From Vicugna vicugna (lineage: Eukaryota), in assembly GCA_013265495.1 (NCBI GenBank), contig MU058065.1, positions 1,387,527-1,451,526 of the forward strand: DNA of 64,000 nucleotides, given 5' to 3'. The position numbers and the translations under genes are program-made. Under the pieces are notes generated by a model. It saw only the letters and a program-made list of their open reading frames with translations. It was not told where the DNA came from and made no database searches. Below are positions 1 through 12,159 of the stretch, piece by piece; positions within the stretch are counted from its first letter, which is position 1; each line of letters opens with the position of its first letter.

Positions 1-1459
1 ACACTAAGAAACATAATGAAGCAGTTGATCTAATTCTACTTATGCTGATGGCGCCAATAATTTCAATAAGTAAAAGATTCACACATCAGAACTTGGTATA
101 TGTTAAGTAGTACCTACCTTGAAACACAAGATACTCTACTGTTCTTGTTACTTGAGCAGAAACCTGCCCTGGAGCCAAAAATGAATCCTTTTCTTCAGAG
201 TAGCATCAGTCTCTGCTCGTAAGAAGTAGAAGGTAATTCACCAGAAGAGACAGTTGCCTAATCCTTGCTTTCTCCACATAATACTTGCTTCTCAACCGCT
301 TGTTCCCTTGGTAAATGCATTAGGCCAACTGAAACTTAGAGCAAATATTAGAAACCAGGGTGAGATTTTGATGGACTAAGACATGATTATGTCCAGGACA
401 CCCAGCAGTAGCCCCAGCTGTGGCCAGAATCCTCAAAGATCCTGACGTAGATAAACACACAGGAAATACTGGAAAAGAATCAAAACAAGCATTTAAATTT
501 TCTTTCCCTGAATCTCTGTATTTCAAGGAAGAACTCTGACAAACTAGGCTGCATTTAGAAGCAGGAGATCTATGAGATTTCTTTCCTTACCTAAATCTGC
601 ACCCGAATCTTAGAATTTAATATCCGGGGATATTCAGAGACTAAAGGACCTATTATTTCCATGTAAAACACAGATTTGGATTCCTGCACTCTTGCCAACC
701 ACATGGAAGGCCAAGGGCCTGTTCTTGGGAAGAATGTCTGGGATGAGTTTACTGCTGACATTATAAAGGTGGAAGAGAGTCAGACATAGCTAGGTTGACA
801 CTGAAGTGTACGGTGGTCTCAGTGTCCTAGCCCACTAGAAAACTGAAACTGGAAACTGAAAAAATCAATGACACCACTTTTACAGAAGAGGGTGGGAGTG
901 GGTGCCGGGGAGGCATAACAGGAACAGAGAGCTCCCGGAAGACATTTTCCAGGGAGTAACAGCCAACTACAGACCAAAACTTTGAGAAGAATTACTTCCA
1001 CATCAATGCTACTTATTTTTGGAATTAAAAAAGGAAAGAATACATAAAGTCTGTTTATTTTCTTCTGGTATATTATGTATCTACTAAGATAGAAATATTT
1101 CTTAAAATTAATATGAATATCTCATTGTTGTTGTTTTATCTCTAAAGAGGGATTTGAGGTTATTGTGACACTGGTTTCCCTCAAAGGCACTGAGTGTTTC
1201 CACATTTCTCTCCTTTTTTCACACTGTCTCAGGTTCCTAGAGCATCTTCTTGTGTATCTATAGTCCTTGACCTACAACCTGATATTTATGTATTTGGAAT
1301 TCATCATTTCTTCCTCTTCATTCTAAAAGAATTATGTATGCTCCCTAATGATACACTTTTAGTACAGTTTTCATAAACATGCCTAAGTAGGAATTTACAT
1401 TGGAATATAGTCCATTTTTAGAATCAGTGCTGGAAAAGGAACATTACATTCTTTTTAGA

Positions 1460-1790
1460 CTGTCAGCCTGGGTCCTCTAGAAAGCAGGCTCCAAAGGCAA
1501 GAATGAAATTGCTGACACTATTTGGAAGGCGCAAGAGCAGAACAGTGAGAGTGCAGATAAAAGGGAAATGATGTACATCACTTGACCTTCCGGAGCAGCT
1601 GCAGAGGCAGGGAGCCATGTTCATTTTAATAATTTATTCTTATGAGTGAGTAGTAATAGCAGCCTGTCCATCTGTCTGTTGGGGCATCCAAATACCAAGA
1701 CATGGAGAGTGAATGTGAGGAGAGCTTGTGAAGCTGTAGGTCAGAGATGGTGCTGCAACACATCACCAGAGAGCTCAGGTCATGACTCCA
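1460..1790 (-). mobile_element. Old ERVL-type LTR fragment (LTR16/33-like)
   Basis: Starts tgtcagcctgggtcctctagaaagcaggctccaaaggcaaga, resembling the reverse-strand end of LTR16-class LTRs; heavily diverged. Confidence 0.35.
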
Positions 1791-1820
1791 AGACCCCAAC
1801 TATCCCTCCCCCAACCACAA

Positions 1821-2013
1821 CAATAGAGTATTGTTAACTATAATCCCCGTACCCTATCTTAGTTCCCCAGAACTTGTTTAGGTATAACTGGAAGTTTGTT
1901 CCACTTGAGCAATACCTCCCCATTTCCCCTACCCCTCAGACCCTGGCAACCACCAATCCTCTCCATTTCAATGAGTTAGGCTTTGTTAATTGCACATATA
2001 AGTGATACCATAG
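1821..2013 (-). mobile_element. LINE-1 3' UTR fragment (L1MA-like)
   Basis: ccctggcaaccacc...atgagtt...cacatataagtgatacca is the reverse strand of an L1 ORF2-end/3'UTR. Confidence 0.8.
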
Positions 2014-2304
2014 GATAGATGCTCAAGTCCCTGATATAAAATGGCGTAGTGTCTGCATATAACCTGCATACATCCTCCTGTACCCTTTAAATCATCTTTA
2101 GTTTACTTATAATACCTAATACAATGGAAATGCTATGCAAACAATTGTAGATACAATGGAAATGCTATGTAAATAGTTGCTGGTGTGTGGCAAATTCAAG
2201 TTTTGCTTTCTGGAACTTTCTGGAATCATTTTTCCTAGTGTCTTCGATCCACAGTTGGTTGAATCCTCAGATGTGGAACCCACAGCTATGGAGGACGGAC
2301 TGTA
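2014..2304 (+). mobile_element. MER2/MER2B-like Tigger (TcMar) non-autonomous DNA transposon, 5' truncated
   Basis: gatgctcaagtccctgatataaaatggcgtagt...gttggttgaatcc...ggactgta terminus; internal 19-bp duplication atacaatggaaatgctatg. Confidence 0.85.
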
Positions 2305-2580
2305 CTGCTGGGTTCAGTCCGCTAGTGTTTTGTTGGGAATTGTTGCATTTATATTCATCAGGGATATCAGCGTGCAGTTTTCTTGTAATGTCCTTATCCG
2401 TCTTTGGTATCAGGGTCATGCTAACCTCGTAAAATGAGCTTGAGAGTGTTCCCTCCTCTTCAATTTTAAGCGAGATTTTGAGAAGCCTTGGCATTAATTC
2501 TTTAACTGTTTGGTAGAATTTACCCATGAAACCATCTGGTCCTGGGATTTTCTTTGTTGGGAGGTTTTTGATTACTGACT
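2305..2580 (-). mobile_element. LINE-1 ORF2 fragment (start of RT region)
   Basis: ORF 2267-2527(-) [45 protein letters not shown] matches L1 ORF2p [37 protein letters not shown]. Confidence 0.92.
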
Positions 2581-3003
2581 GGGCCCCTCCGCCAGCAGCA
2601 CATGGTCTGTCCAGATCTGCACACTCGTTACTGTGAGCCCTACGCGCTTCTTTACCTCCAGCTGATTCTCCCAGTGATCCCCAAGGGGCAGTATTTCAGC
2701 GGTGCTCCCAAGAAACATCCTGGATTGCTGGGGAAACTGAACGTCCACAGTGGGCTCTCCTTTTCCCCCTGGAGAATCTGTAGGCTCAGAGGGAACTCCT
2801 GGGTACCAGACCAGAAGAGGGACAGTGAGATCTTACCCTTTGAATACAGTTTTCCTTGGCTTTTGTGGTCCAAAAGTGTGCTTCAGCCTCACCCTCTGGT
2901 CAGGAATTTCAAAGACATCTTCTCTATGGCTATTTACTAGTTGCCTTACTGTGTGGGGCACCCAGATCAAGAACCACCGATTTCGCCATCTTGCTGATGT
3001 CAC
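2581..3003 (-). mobile_element. LINE-1 5' UTR fragment (old L1M type)
   Basis: Reverse strand begins gtgacatcagcaagatggcg, the YY1-containing 5' terminus typical of L1. Confidence 0.65.
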
Positions 3004-3084
3004 GCTCCTTTACCCACACATTTTATCTTGGTAGGAGGAGGTGGAAAACTAATAAATCTGTGAAGATTATTTTAGTTCTTTTAT

Positions 3085-3990
3085 GAGCGCTATGCAGCAA
3101 ATAAGCGGAATTATTATGTGCTAAAGAATAACGTGGAGTGTGCAGGGAGGCACACAGTGTGGCGTGTCTTTGAGTCAGACAGCCCAGGAAAGCCTCCCAG
3201 AGACGGTGACATCTGACCTAAGAGTGGAAGAATGTACAGGAGCCAGGTCTCTAAGGAGCCGGGGCATGTGCCTCCCAGGCTGTGAGAACAGTATACTGAG
3301 CGGCCCACAGACAGGAAAGTGCTTATGGTTTTCGTAGAGGGAAAGTTAGCCAGTGCGGGAGGAGTTTGGTCAGCTAGAGCATGAATCAGCAAACTTTCTC
3401 TGTAAATGGCCAGATGGTAAATGATTTACATCTGATAGGTGATGTCTATGTCGCAACTACTCAACTTTCTGCTGTAGCATGAAAGCAGCCATAGACAATA
3501 TAAATTCCAATAAAACTTTATTTATAAAAGCAGGATCTCACCATCAGGCTGCAGTTTGCTGATCCATGAACTAGAGGAGAATAGTAGAAAAGGTTTGGGA
3601 GGGAGGCCGGAGTCAGAGCAGGGAAAGCCTGGAAGGCTGTTGTGCATCAGTTACTTCCCTCTAGGTAACAAACTATCCAAAGGCTCTGCGTCATAAATCA
3701 GCAACTAGCATTCATTTGCCCCTAATTTTGAAATTTTGGCATGGCTCAGCGGGACACACTCCACGGGGTGGCTCAGGTCCAAATGCCTTCACTCTCCTGC
3801 CTGATGGTTCAGCCGAGGTGGGTGGAAGAGACGGGGGCTACCTGGGCTTCTTGCCCTTTGCCTTTATAGCCTTTCAATCATCAACCATTTGGGCACAGAG
3901 TAAGGAGTTTATATTTTTTTTCTCAAGTGAATGAGGAAGCCGTTTTATCTCACCACGGAATGATATAGTATCATTTATGCTTTGGAAAAA
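3085..3990 (-). mobile_element. L2 LINE fragment interrupted by MER58A and an MLT1 LTR fragment (~3640-3870)
   Basis: ggaaagcctcccagagacggtgacatctgacctaag...gagaacagtata and taaggagtttatattt...gtgaatgaggaagc are L2 reverse-strand motifs. Confidence 0.6.
3380..3568 (+). mobile_element. MER58A hAT-Charlie MITE
   Basis: TIRs catgaatcagcaaact / agtttgctgatccatg (15/16 complementary); 8-bp TSD agctagag / aactagag; internal gtcgcaactactcaact...gaaagcagccatagacaat. Confidence 0.92.
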
Positions 3991-4759
3991 ACTAGATGAG
4001 GAAAGAGACGTGTCTTAGTGGCATATTCTTGAAACAATCTTTTCACGATGCCCAGGCAAGGTCAGCAGACAGGTGGGAAGTGAACAATAAGAGGGCATGG
4101 CTAATGGGGAAGCAGTGAGTCTCAATGTACTTGGCCTGAAGTTCCCCATTTGAAGAAGGTCTTAACTCCACCGAATGGTCTGTAGCAGAGGCATCAGTAT
4201 GTTAGGGGTGTGGACTTGAGTCTTCCCTCCACCAGCTTGCTCAATTTTACTCCATAATGATAGACTATACCCATGGTCCTGGCTATCAATTCCACAAATC
4301 TGCTCATTTAACCATAAAGTGGATGTATTTGGCAGGAACCAGGAATTGGTTTGACTTGTAGCCATCATAATAGCTAGAAAAACTACCAAGGTCCATGTCC
4401 TACTGACAGGTCATTAAACACAAAATGATCTTATAAATTTACTAAGCTTGTAAATTATCAGCTTTAATTATCCTAGCCTTAAATTAACTGGTGTACCGGA
4501 AACCAGAATGTTCATCGTCATGCTTATAAAACACCTGTAAATGCAGCCAGTTGTGGCATCACTATTTGTTCCCCCGATTGTCTTTTTAAATACCGTTTTG
4601 CACTTTCTATTTTCAATCAGGTATTTTTATTGATATTGTACTATATGGTAAACACTATGTATTTTGTTGGAGGCATAAATGTCAGTTTGATTTCAGTCCA
4701 CTTGTAACTCAACCCTGAACACTTACTTACTTATCATTTATGTTTGCCTTTTTAAACAG

Positions 4760-4816
4760 AAATGGATGCCTCAGAGGAAATTCACAGTGAACAATAAAGA
4801 GATTTGGTCTCCACAG
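4760..4816 (+). other. Candidate isolated exon (unassigned)
   Basis: Acceptor gcctttttaaacag|, donor cag|gtgtgt, 57 nt, open in phase 0 (KWMPQRKFTVNNKEIWSPQ); protein not recognised. Confidence 0.25.
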
Positions 4817-6159
4817 GTGTGTTTCCTAAAACAAAAAGAATTAGGCATCAAATCATTAGAAGAGTCATTAACGATAATGGAAATCATGCAATGGCCTCAC
4901 TTCTCTGTCACTGAAAAGAAGGCACAGAATTGTCCTCTAAGAGAATGATTCGAGAATGGTCTAAAAATCAAAACCAGCTAATCAGCTACTTTTCCCTAGG
5001 TAGTAGAAGTAATAATACAATTTCTTTCCTGTCGTAATATCTAGAGAATAGAATAAATGTGTTTCAAGCATCACCTGAAAGAGGAAATAGAAACGATTTT
5101 AACACATTCTCGTTAAGTTGAGCATGATTTCATTGTCCTTCGGCAAAACACATTTCAGCAAAACACATTTCCTATCAGGGAACTCTATTCCACTATTCTC
5201 TTGAAACCAGCTTGGGGAGGGAGGTAGGAACAGCTTGAATCACTTCTTGCCAGCTCTGTGCTATTTTCTTACTACCGCTTTTCAGGTTATTCCATAAAAA
5301 TAGACTTGGCTTTACCTAAAATTTAGAGTGCAGCTATTATGTTTATGAATTAAACCACAATCACTCAGCAATGAACAATTTTTAAGAGAACCTTATTAAA
5401 CTTTCTTGTATAAGAAAAGATTCTTCTGTAATACCAATAAATGTTATCTCATTTATTTACCTTGGACTTGGGGGAAAACAGAGAAACCCATACCACAGGT
5501 AGAAGGAACTGATTAAGGATTTCCACAAAGCATGAGAAAGACAGCAAGAGAAAAGGAGTGTGGCCAGCGGAGACGTAAGAGCAGTATGTAGAGATGAATT
5601 GCGCTAGGCACTCCCCACCGCGACCCCAGCTCCGGTTAAACCCTGGGAACTTGCATATTGGATCTGAGAGGTCAGCAAGCAGAAACCAACAGAGTTATTT
5701 GCACTTTCTGATTCACAACAATATCTCTTCAGTGTCCAGGTACAAATTTTTTTCTATCAGTTCCAAGGAAAAGAAGTGAAAGAAATGATAGAAAAAAGTT
5801 CCAAGGGAAAGAAAGTGAAAAAAATTGGCAGGAACCATTTTGTAATTTTGGCTTAACGAAGATTTCATGTAATGAACTGCTGTTCTGACAAAGGCCATAG
5901 CACTCATCAGTACCGGAGACAATCCTGGAGGGTTCATGCCCTCTGGGAGGCAGCACTGTCCGAGAGGGCACCATCAGGTGACCAGCAGATGCCATAACGG
6001 AGTAGTGCCTTTGTCCAGCTTCCATGCAGCTGATGAAAGAGGATGACAGTGGTGCTGGAATATCAGGCAGGATTTGTTTGTGAGTTAGTATGACTAACAG
6101 CACATATATTGACCAGAAATAATCGAGTGTGACTTTAAAGAACATTTACATGTCTATCA

Positions 6160-6630
6160 TAGGACAGCGGATGTGTTTCTAGCCATCTAGTATCCATTTC
6201 TCTCTTAACTGATAGCAGCATGATTTCCTTTGGAGAATTACATCTCCCCCCGTTTTGTGTTGTCTTGTTTACATGGTAAATTAGGATGCCCTCCCACTAT
6301 GAAAACCCCAGAGAACCCCAGGGACTTTGACAAATCACACTTCTGCCTAATAAAGGCCATGATGTAGAAACAGGAACTAAGTAATAGAAATTGGCCTCTC
6401 TTCCCACGTACTTTGGAATGTGAGCATAATGAATTAAGCACTGATGAAACGGAGTGAGTTGATTCCTCCAGTGAAGGCCTTACAGCCATAATGTCAAATA
6501 ATTTATATTTTGAGATACCCTAAACTGACTATTACTAGTTTCTGTTATTTCCAGACAATATTATGCTTTTCCTTCATTCCTATGAGTCTCTATGTATCTA
6601 CCAATAAATTCATTATATCCTTAAGAGAGA
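6160..6630 (+). mobile_element. Old MaLR LTR (MLT1K/L-like)
   Basis: atccatttctctctt...gcagcatgatttcctttggagaattacatctcccc start and ccaataaattcattatatccttaag end. Confidence 0.4.
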
Positions 6631-6789
6631 TATATATTTTCCTGCTCATGATAAGAGTATACATATAGAAGAGTATAAATTTTATAGTAAAATAATGGTT
6701 ATAATTGTCACGTCTTTAAAAAAAATATGACACGTAATGTCCTCCTTTGTACAGCATGATATTATTAAAAGTCAGATCTTAGATGCATT

Positions 6790-9228
6790 GTTGCTGTATC
6801 AACCCAACAGTTTCTGGATGGTGCGTTATGTGAAAAGACCTTCAAAGCAACTTAAGTGTCTATTGACAGATGATTAAATAAAGAAGATGTGGTGTAACCA
6901 TTAAAGAGAATAAAATAATGCCATTTGCAGCAACATGGATGGAACTAGAGACTATTATACTAAGTGAAGTAAATCAGACAGAGAAAAACAAATATCATAT
7001 GATATCACTTATATGTGGAATTTGAAAAAAATGACACAAATAAATTTACTTACAAAACAGAAGAACTCACAGACATAGAAAACAAAAGTATGGTTACCAA
7101 AAAGGCCAAAAGGGAAACAGGTGGGAGGGATAAATTAAGAGTTTGGAATTTGCAGATACTAACTGCCATATATAAAATAGGTAAACAATAAGGTCCTACT
7201 GTTTAGCACAGGGAACTATATTCAATATCTTGTAATAACCTAGAACGAAAAAGAATCACTACATTGTACACCAGAAACTAACACAACATTGTAAATCAAC
7301 TGCACTTTGATAAAAAGACCTTGGTCATGGGTCCATGGCTGCACCTGCTTTGCTGTAGACTGGGTCCCTTTGCCTGGGATAACTGTATGAGATATTCTGT
7401 GTTGAAGACTGTCAATGAGTCAAATACAACAGGCCTTTAATAATGGCCATCAAGGCAAGAAAGACACACTCATACCAGGAATAAGTATCATTTCCAGTCA
7501 AGATGAATATTGCCCTTTGCAGAGTAGAAGGAGTCCAGTGTGATCAACTTGTCACCAATGGTTGACCCATCGCTTTGAGGGATGGTGCCATATCCAAGGG
7601 GCTGGTATCTATTGCTCTTGTTTATTCATTGGACCTTCAATGAAGGCAGTAGCCACATCAGCTCTGATGAATGGGGACCCAACCTCCTTTTCCATCCATG
7701 GGTTCTGAGTCTGAGAACTGACCAAGTCAAAAACTGGGCAAAAGATCATAATATTTTATTGCCCTCAGCTTTCTTGTTACCCATCTTTGATTTCTTTTCA
7801 ATGTATCTGCTGAACAAGACTCTTGCATGCTCATCTATTTTTCCCTAAGCAAAGCCACCTTCTGCTAACCATTTCAATAGCTCCCTGCAGGGCAGGCCAG
7901 CCTGACTGCCACTTTGATTGTGCTGCTCATTATGGTAATTGTGCATACCTTGCTTCTGAGGAATAAGAGCCACCACCTGTCTCTATTATTTAGGGACCAC
8001 ATTATCCCACTTTAATCAGGGAGAACAGTTCTGTTCAGCATCTCCTATCATTTTCCCTACTGCAGGAGGCAGCCACCACTGAGATTCTCCCCGATAATGA
8101 TGGTGGTGTCCCTCTCCCCAGCGCATTCTTATATTGGTGAGTGGAGTGGTCCCTGGGCGCTCCTACAGAACAGACTTGATTTTTCGGGCCTTAGGTATTA
8201 CATTAATTCTAGCATGCCGCCTCTCCTGGTCTTATATTTCTTTCTCTATTGTTTGCATAGCAGTTCTGGCATTTCTTCTTCACTTAGTGCAAGACTTCAC
8301 TTTCTCCCAGCTTCTAAGTGCCAACATAGCAGCACATTTGCATTGCTTCCCAGCTCTGTCAGGGAGAAAACTCTGCCCGGTCCGGTACGTATGTTCCTGG
8401 GTCCTGCTGTTATACGTTGACTAGGTTTTGCAGCTCCTTCTGAAAATAAGCCTTTCCCACTTTAGTAGAATACACTAGAAGACACTGGCCAGTAAAACTC
8501 CAGTTATTAGCCTGGCATCTGGAAGGAGAGATAGAGGTGGGTCCTGACTTGCAAGGCAGCAGCTTCTAATATCCTCAAGCTGCTGCTTTTGCTTATAGAA
8601 GCAGAAGTTTCCATTGGCAGGAGTGGACCATTTCTGCAGATCTAGTGGATTTAGGGACACCTAGGGGTTTCAAGTTTCTAGTGCCTTCATTTCAGGTGTC
8701 CACATCCGAATTCTCTTCCCAACCATGACCCTGACCTTGGCAATAGCAGACTTGCTAAGGATGAGAATTCAACCTTCTCTGAAGCTCTGTGCTCATATCT
8801 AAATCCTGGCCTGATGTTCAGCTTTCTCTGGCCTCCAGCTGCCAGAAGCATGGGACTCTCTTTATGTGCTGCCAGCCAGGCCCTCTGATTTTCAGTCTAC
8901 CTTGAATTGTTGATTAATGACCATCAGCCTTTCACTGTCTTTGTCTGATGCATCAATCGTACTCAGATTCCATTGTCTTTATAATTGCCACTTCCCCCAA
9001 ACCTCTCAAACCTAAGAGGTATTGCAGTAGCCAATGCATTACCTTCCCCAACCTCCCAGTTCAGTTTATCACCACGGAACGTTTTAACAATCCTTCTGTT
9101 ACAGCAGGTCAGAGGTCACCTGTGCTCCAACTACCAGCAAAGCGATCCGCATTGCCAGCTGACCAGGGGTGAATCAGCTCTGAATGCCTCTTTTTACATC
9201 TGCTTCCTGGGACCACTCTTGGAATCAA
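6790..9228 (-). mobile_element. ERVL internal region (ERV3-16A3-like): degenerate gag and integrase, RT apparently deleted; split by an L1
   Basis: Minus-strand fossils: TELQRRLNSHP*QVCY/AKVRVMVGK (gag, ~8715-8790); YGTIP, W*QVDHTG, FILTGNDTYSWY, HRISHTVIPGKGTQSTAKQVQPWTHD, FHITHHPETVGLIQ (integrase, 7605-7323 and 6842-6790); Leu-PBS-like ttgattccaagagtggtc at 9211-9228. Confidence 0.88.
6843..7312 (+). mobile_element. 5'-truncated LINE-1 3' end (cetartiodactyl type)
   Basis: ccatttgcagcaacatggatggaactagag...gcacagggaactatattcaatatcttg...gtaaatcaactgcact; exact TSD aaaagacctt at 6833-6842 and 7313-7322. Confidence 0.95.
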
Positions 9229-9229
9229 A

Positions 9230-9620
9230 TATATAAGGCTGGATTCCCCATACATGGACTCTAAGACAAAGATTTGCATTCAGGAAGTTAATTGGAGGGT
9301 GCTCACAGGAACACCACCTATTAAGGGGAGAAGAATTGGTTGGAAGATGAAGTTGAATGCAATCAATGCATTTGCATAAAGGTGCTTGCTGATCCCACAA
9401 GAGGTTCTCCAACCAGAATAACCCTTCAGAGTTGTCTCGGACTGAGGCCAGGGGTGGGTCTCTGCACCCCGGCGTGAACAGGTGATGGATGTGGGCTGCC
9501 GCTGGGGAGGGGATATAACCTTTGTAAAGCAGCTTATTCAGGCCAAATCTCCTCACAACTCGGGGCTCAGTCCTGATTTGGGAACCATCACAGCATCCAC
9601 TACATTTGTACACATCACAC
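9230..9620 (-). mobile_element. LTR16A-like 5' LTR of the ERVL element
   Basis: Abuts the PBS; gaagttgaatgc...gctgatcccacaagaggttctcc...cccttcagagttgtc motif of the LTR16 family. Confidence 0.75.
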
Positions 9621-10029
9621 TAGGGGAGAGCAATAGATTCGCAGTTTGGAGAAAAGTCTTGATTTGTATCTTGGCCCTACCAGTGACAAGACAAATGACT
9701 GTCTTGGTCTTGATTTTCTCTCTTGTGGAAAATAATCTACCTATTTTTCTTCTTTTCCAGCATTATCTTGGTTATTCTCATTTAACTACACTTTCAGATA
9801 AGTTGTAGATTTGCCTTGTTTAAAGCCCCATTAGTGTTAAAATTCCATTAGTATTTTTAACGAAATTAAAATAAATATATCGACTAATTTGGAAGATGTT
9901 GTATCTCCTCTATTGTGGACTACTGGATGTTTTTTTCTCTTCTTTATTCATTCACTCCCTTTTTCTCTTTCTTTCTCGCTTTCTCTCTCCCCACTCCTTT
10001 CTCCTGTGTGAGTTGTCACTCTAGCCTTT

Positions 10030-10272
10030 AGTCAGTTCAGGCTGCTACAACAAAGTACTGTTTGGTATTTATTGATTTTATATATAATAGTGTGTATCTG
10101 TTAATCTCTGGGGTCCCTCTCATAAGGATACCAATCTCATTCATCAGGGCACCATTGTTATGATCTCATTGTCTCCCAAAGACCACTCCCTCCACCTCCA
10201 GATACCATCACATGGGGGCTATGATTTCCACATATGAATCTGGGGAGGGACATGAATTTTCAGTCCAGGGCA
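10030..10272 (-). mobile_element. MLT1A/B-like MaLR LTR, internally deleted
   Basis: tagtcagttcaggctgctacaacaaagtac...cataaggataccaatctcattcat...ccatcacatggggg...catatgaatctgggg...ttcagtcca. Confidence 0.8.
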
Positions 10273-10399
10273 GATAACCTTCAGTTAAGTTTGGGTATGG
10301 CGAAGAGGCATTTCTAAAGATTTCTTTTAACTGCTGTAGGAATATATGTTCTCTTTTAGAATTTAGTTTTTAATTTGCCAACTTAGTAAGCTGCTATTT

Positions 10400-11700
10400 T
10401 GCAATGACATGAGGACTTCTTGTTCACATTTTCTAGGAAGGAAATTTCATTTATTTCATTTTAATGATACCTTGTGTTTTCAAATTTATTGGCACTGATT
10501 TCACGATACATTCACACATTTAAAACCTCATCTATATTTGTATTTAAATCCTTCTAAATTCTAATTACATTTCATTTTGACTTTTCCTTTTTCTACTGAG
10601 GCTACTTAGATGTTTTTAAAAAATTTTATTGGACTTAATTCAAAAGTAGGATTGTTTACTTATTTATAAATTCCATTGTTTTTCTCTTTTCAAATTCTGT
10701 AACTTCTGATTTTTTTTAGGATTACTTGATTTTTTCCTTCCTGTCTCATGAGTTAAAATTTTAATTTCCTGACATTAATCTTCAACTTGTTTAATAATGA
10801 AAACCACTATTTTTCTCAAAATTTAGCTTAATCTTTTGTTTGATACATGGAGTTGTCATTTTTATTATTTATTTACCAAAAAAGACCATTTTGTTTGAAT
10901 GTTTGTTTTCCAAATAGCCAGACTTTTTAAAATGTTCTGAACTTCTGCACTAATTTGATCTTCATTACATGTTGTTATAGGATTTATAAAATTTCAAGAT
11001 TTTGAAATACTTGGAGATTTTTATAACTGAACATAATCTTATTTCAGAATATACATCCATTAAATAAAATATATAAGTTTTGTTATTAAATTCCTCTGTA
11101 TCAAGTTTCCTCTATGTAAATCTAATCTATTAAAATTTTGGGTTTTAATTATTCTCATGATCTATTTTATAATATCTTATCTATCACACATGAAAATCAT
11201 GACTATTGATTTTCTATTGAGATTTGCATCTTTTATCATTATATAATGTAATTTCTTTGTCTTATTGAACTTTTTTTTAGCCTCATCACCCACTCTCTGC
11301 ATGCTTTTTATTTGTGGTTGATAGATATTCATTACTATTCCTTTAATGGTTTTTTTGTATTATAATTTTTAAGTGTTCTTCATTACAAATAGCAAGGGAT
11401 TGGTTCCTTTGCTTTGTGTGTAAGACAAATTAACATTTTTAAACTGAGAGCTTAACTAATGCCTATTATTATAACTGATGTGTTTAATCCTTTATGGGTT
11501 TATTTTTAATCTCTGTAATTCCTAATATTCCCCTTTATAAAGCAATTTTCTAATATCATGCCATATACAACAAAAAGCATAGCTTTATTTAATCTCTTGT
11601 GTTTTACAGAGAAGTTAAGTAATACTGTATTCTTCTTTAATTAATAGACCCATTTAGATTTGTTCAAACTAGATGTTGTGATGAACAGAAAACGTGAACC
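10400..11700 (-). mobile_element. Ancient, highly decayed LINE-1 (L1ME-like)
   Basis: Long T-rich strand-biased tract with residual L1 antisense character; no readable ORF. Confidence 0.45.
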
Positions 11701-12159
11701 CTGTTTATTGACTCCCTCCAGTGAAACTACAAACATTTCGGTATGTTTTTAATTCCCTCTTCTCTAACCTCCTCAGCTCCAAAATTTCTTCTGGGACCTC
11801 AAATAAGGTGAAGGTTGAACACTAAAAAAATTTGGAACATGACATTTATATTGAAGACAGTATACATTTTTATATCATCATGGGAAGTTTCCAGCAGATA
11901 GCAATGATGGGTCTTGTGCTTGCAAAATCTGCAGATTATAACAACTTCCCAAAGGATAAGAGAAGTATTTGTATGCAAGGGTGTCTTTTTCTAATTCACA
12001 CCAAGGTAACATATGGACTATCTGCGGGTCTATATAATAAAATACGAGATATGTTTATTATAATTTTATTTAAATCTTCTCTTTCAAGATTTATTGTCAA
12101 CGTCTTTCTAAAATTTCATATCTTCATTAAAAACAATATAAGTAAAAAGCAGAAGAAAT

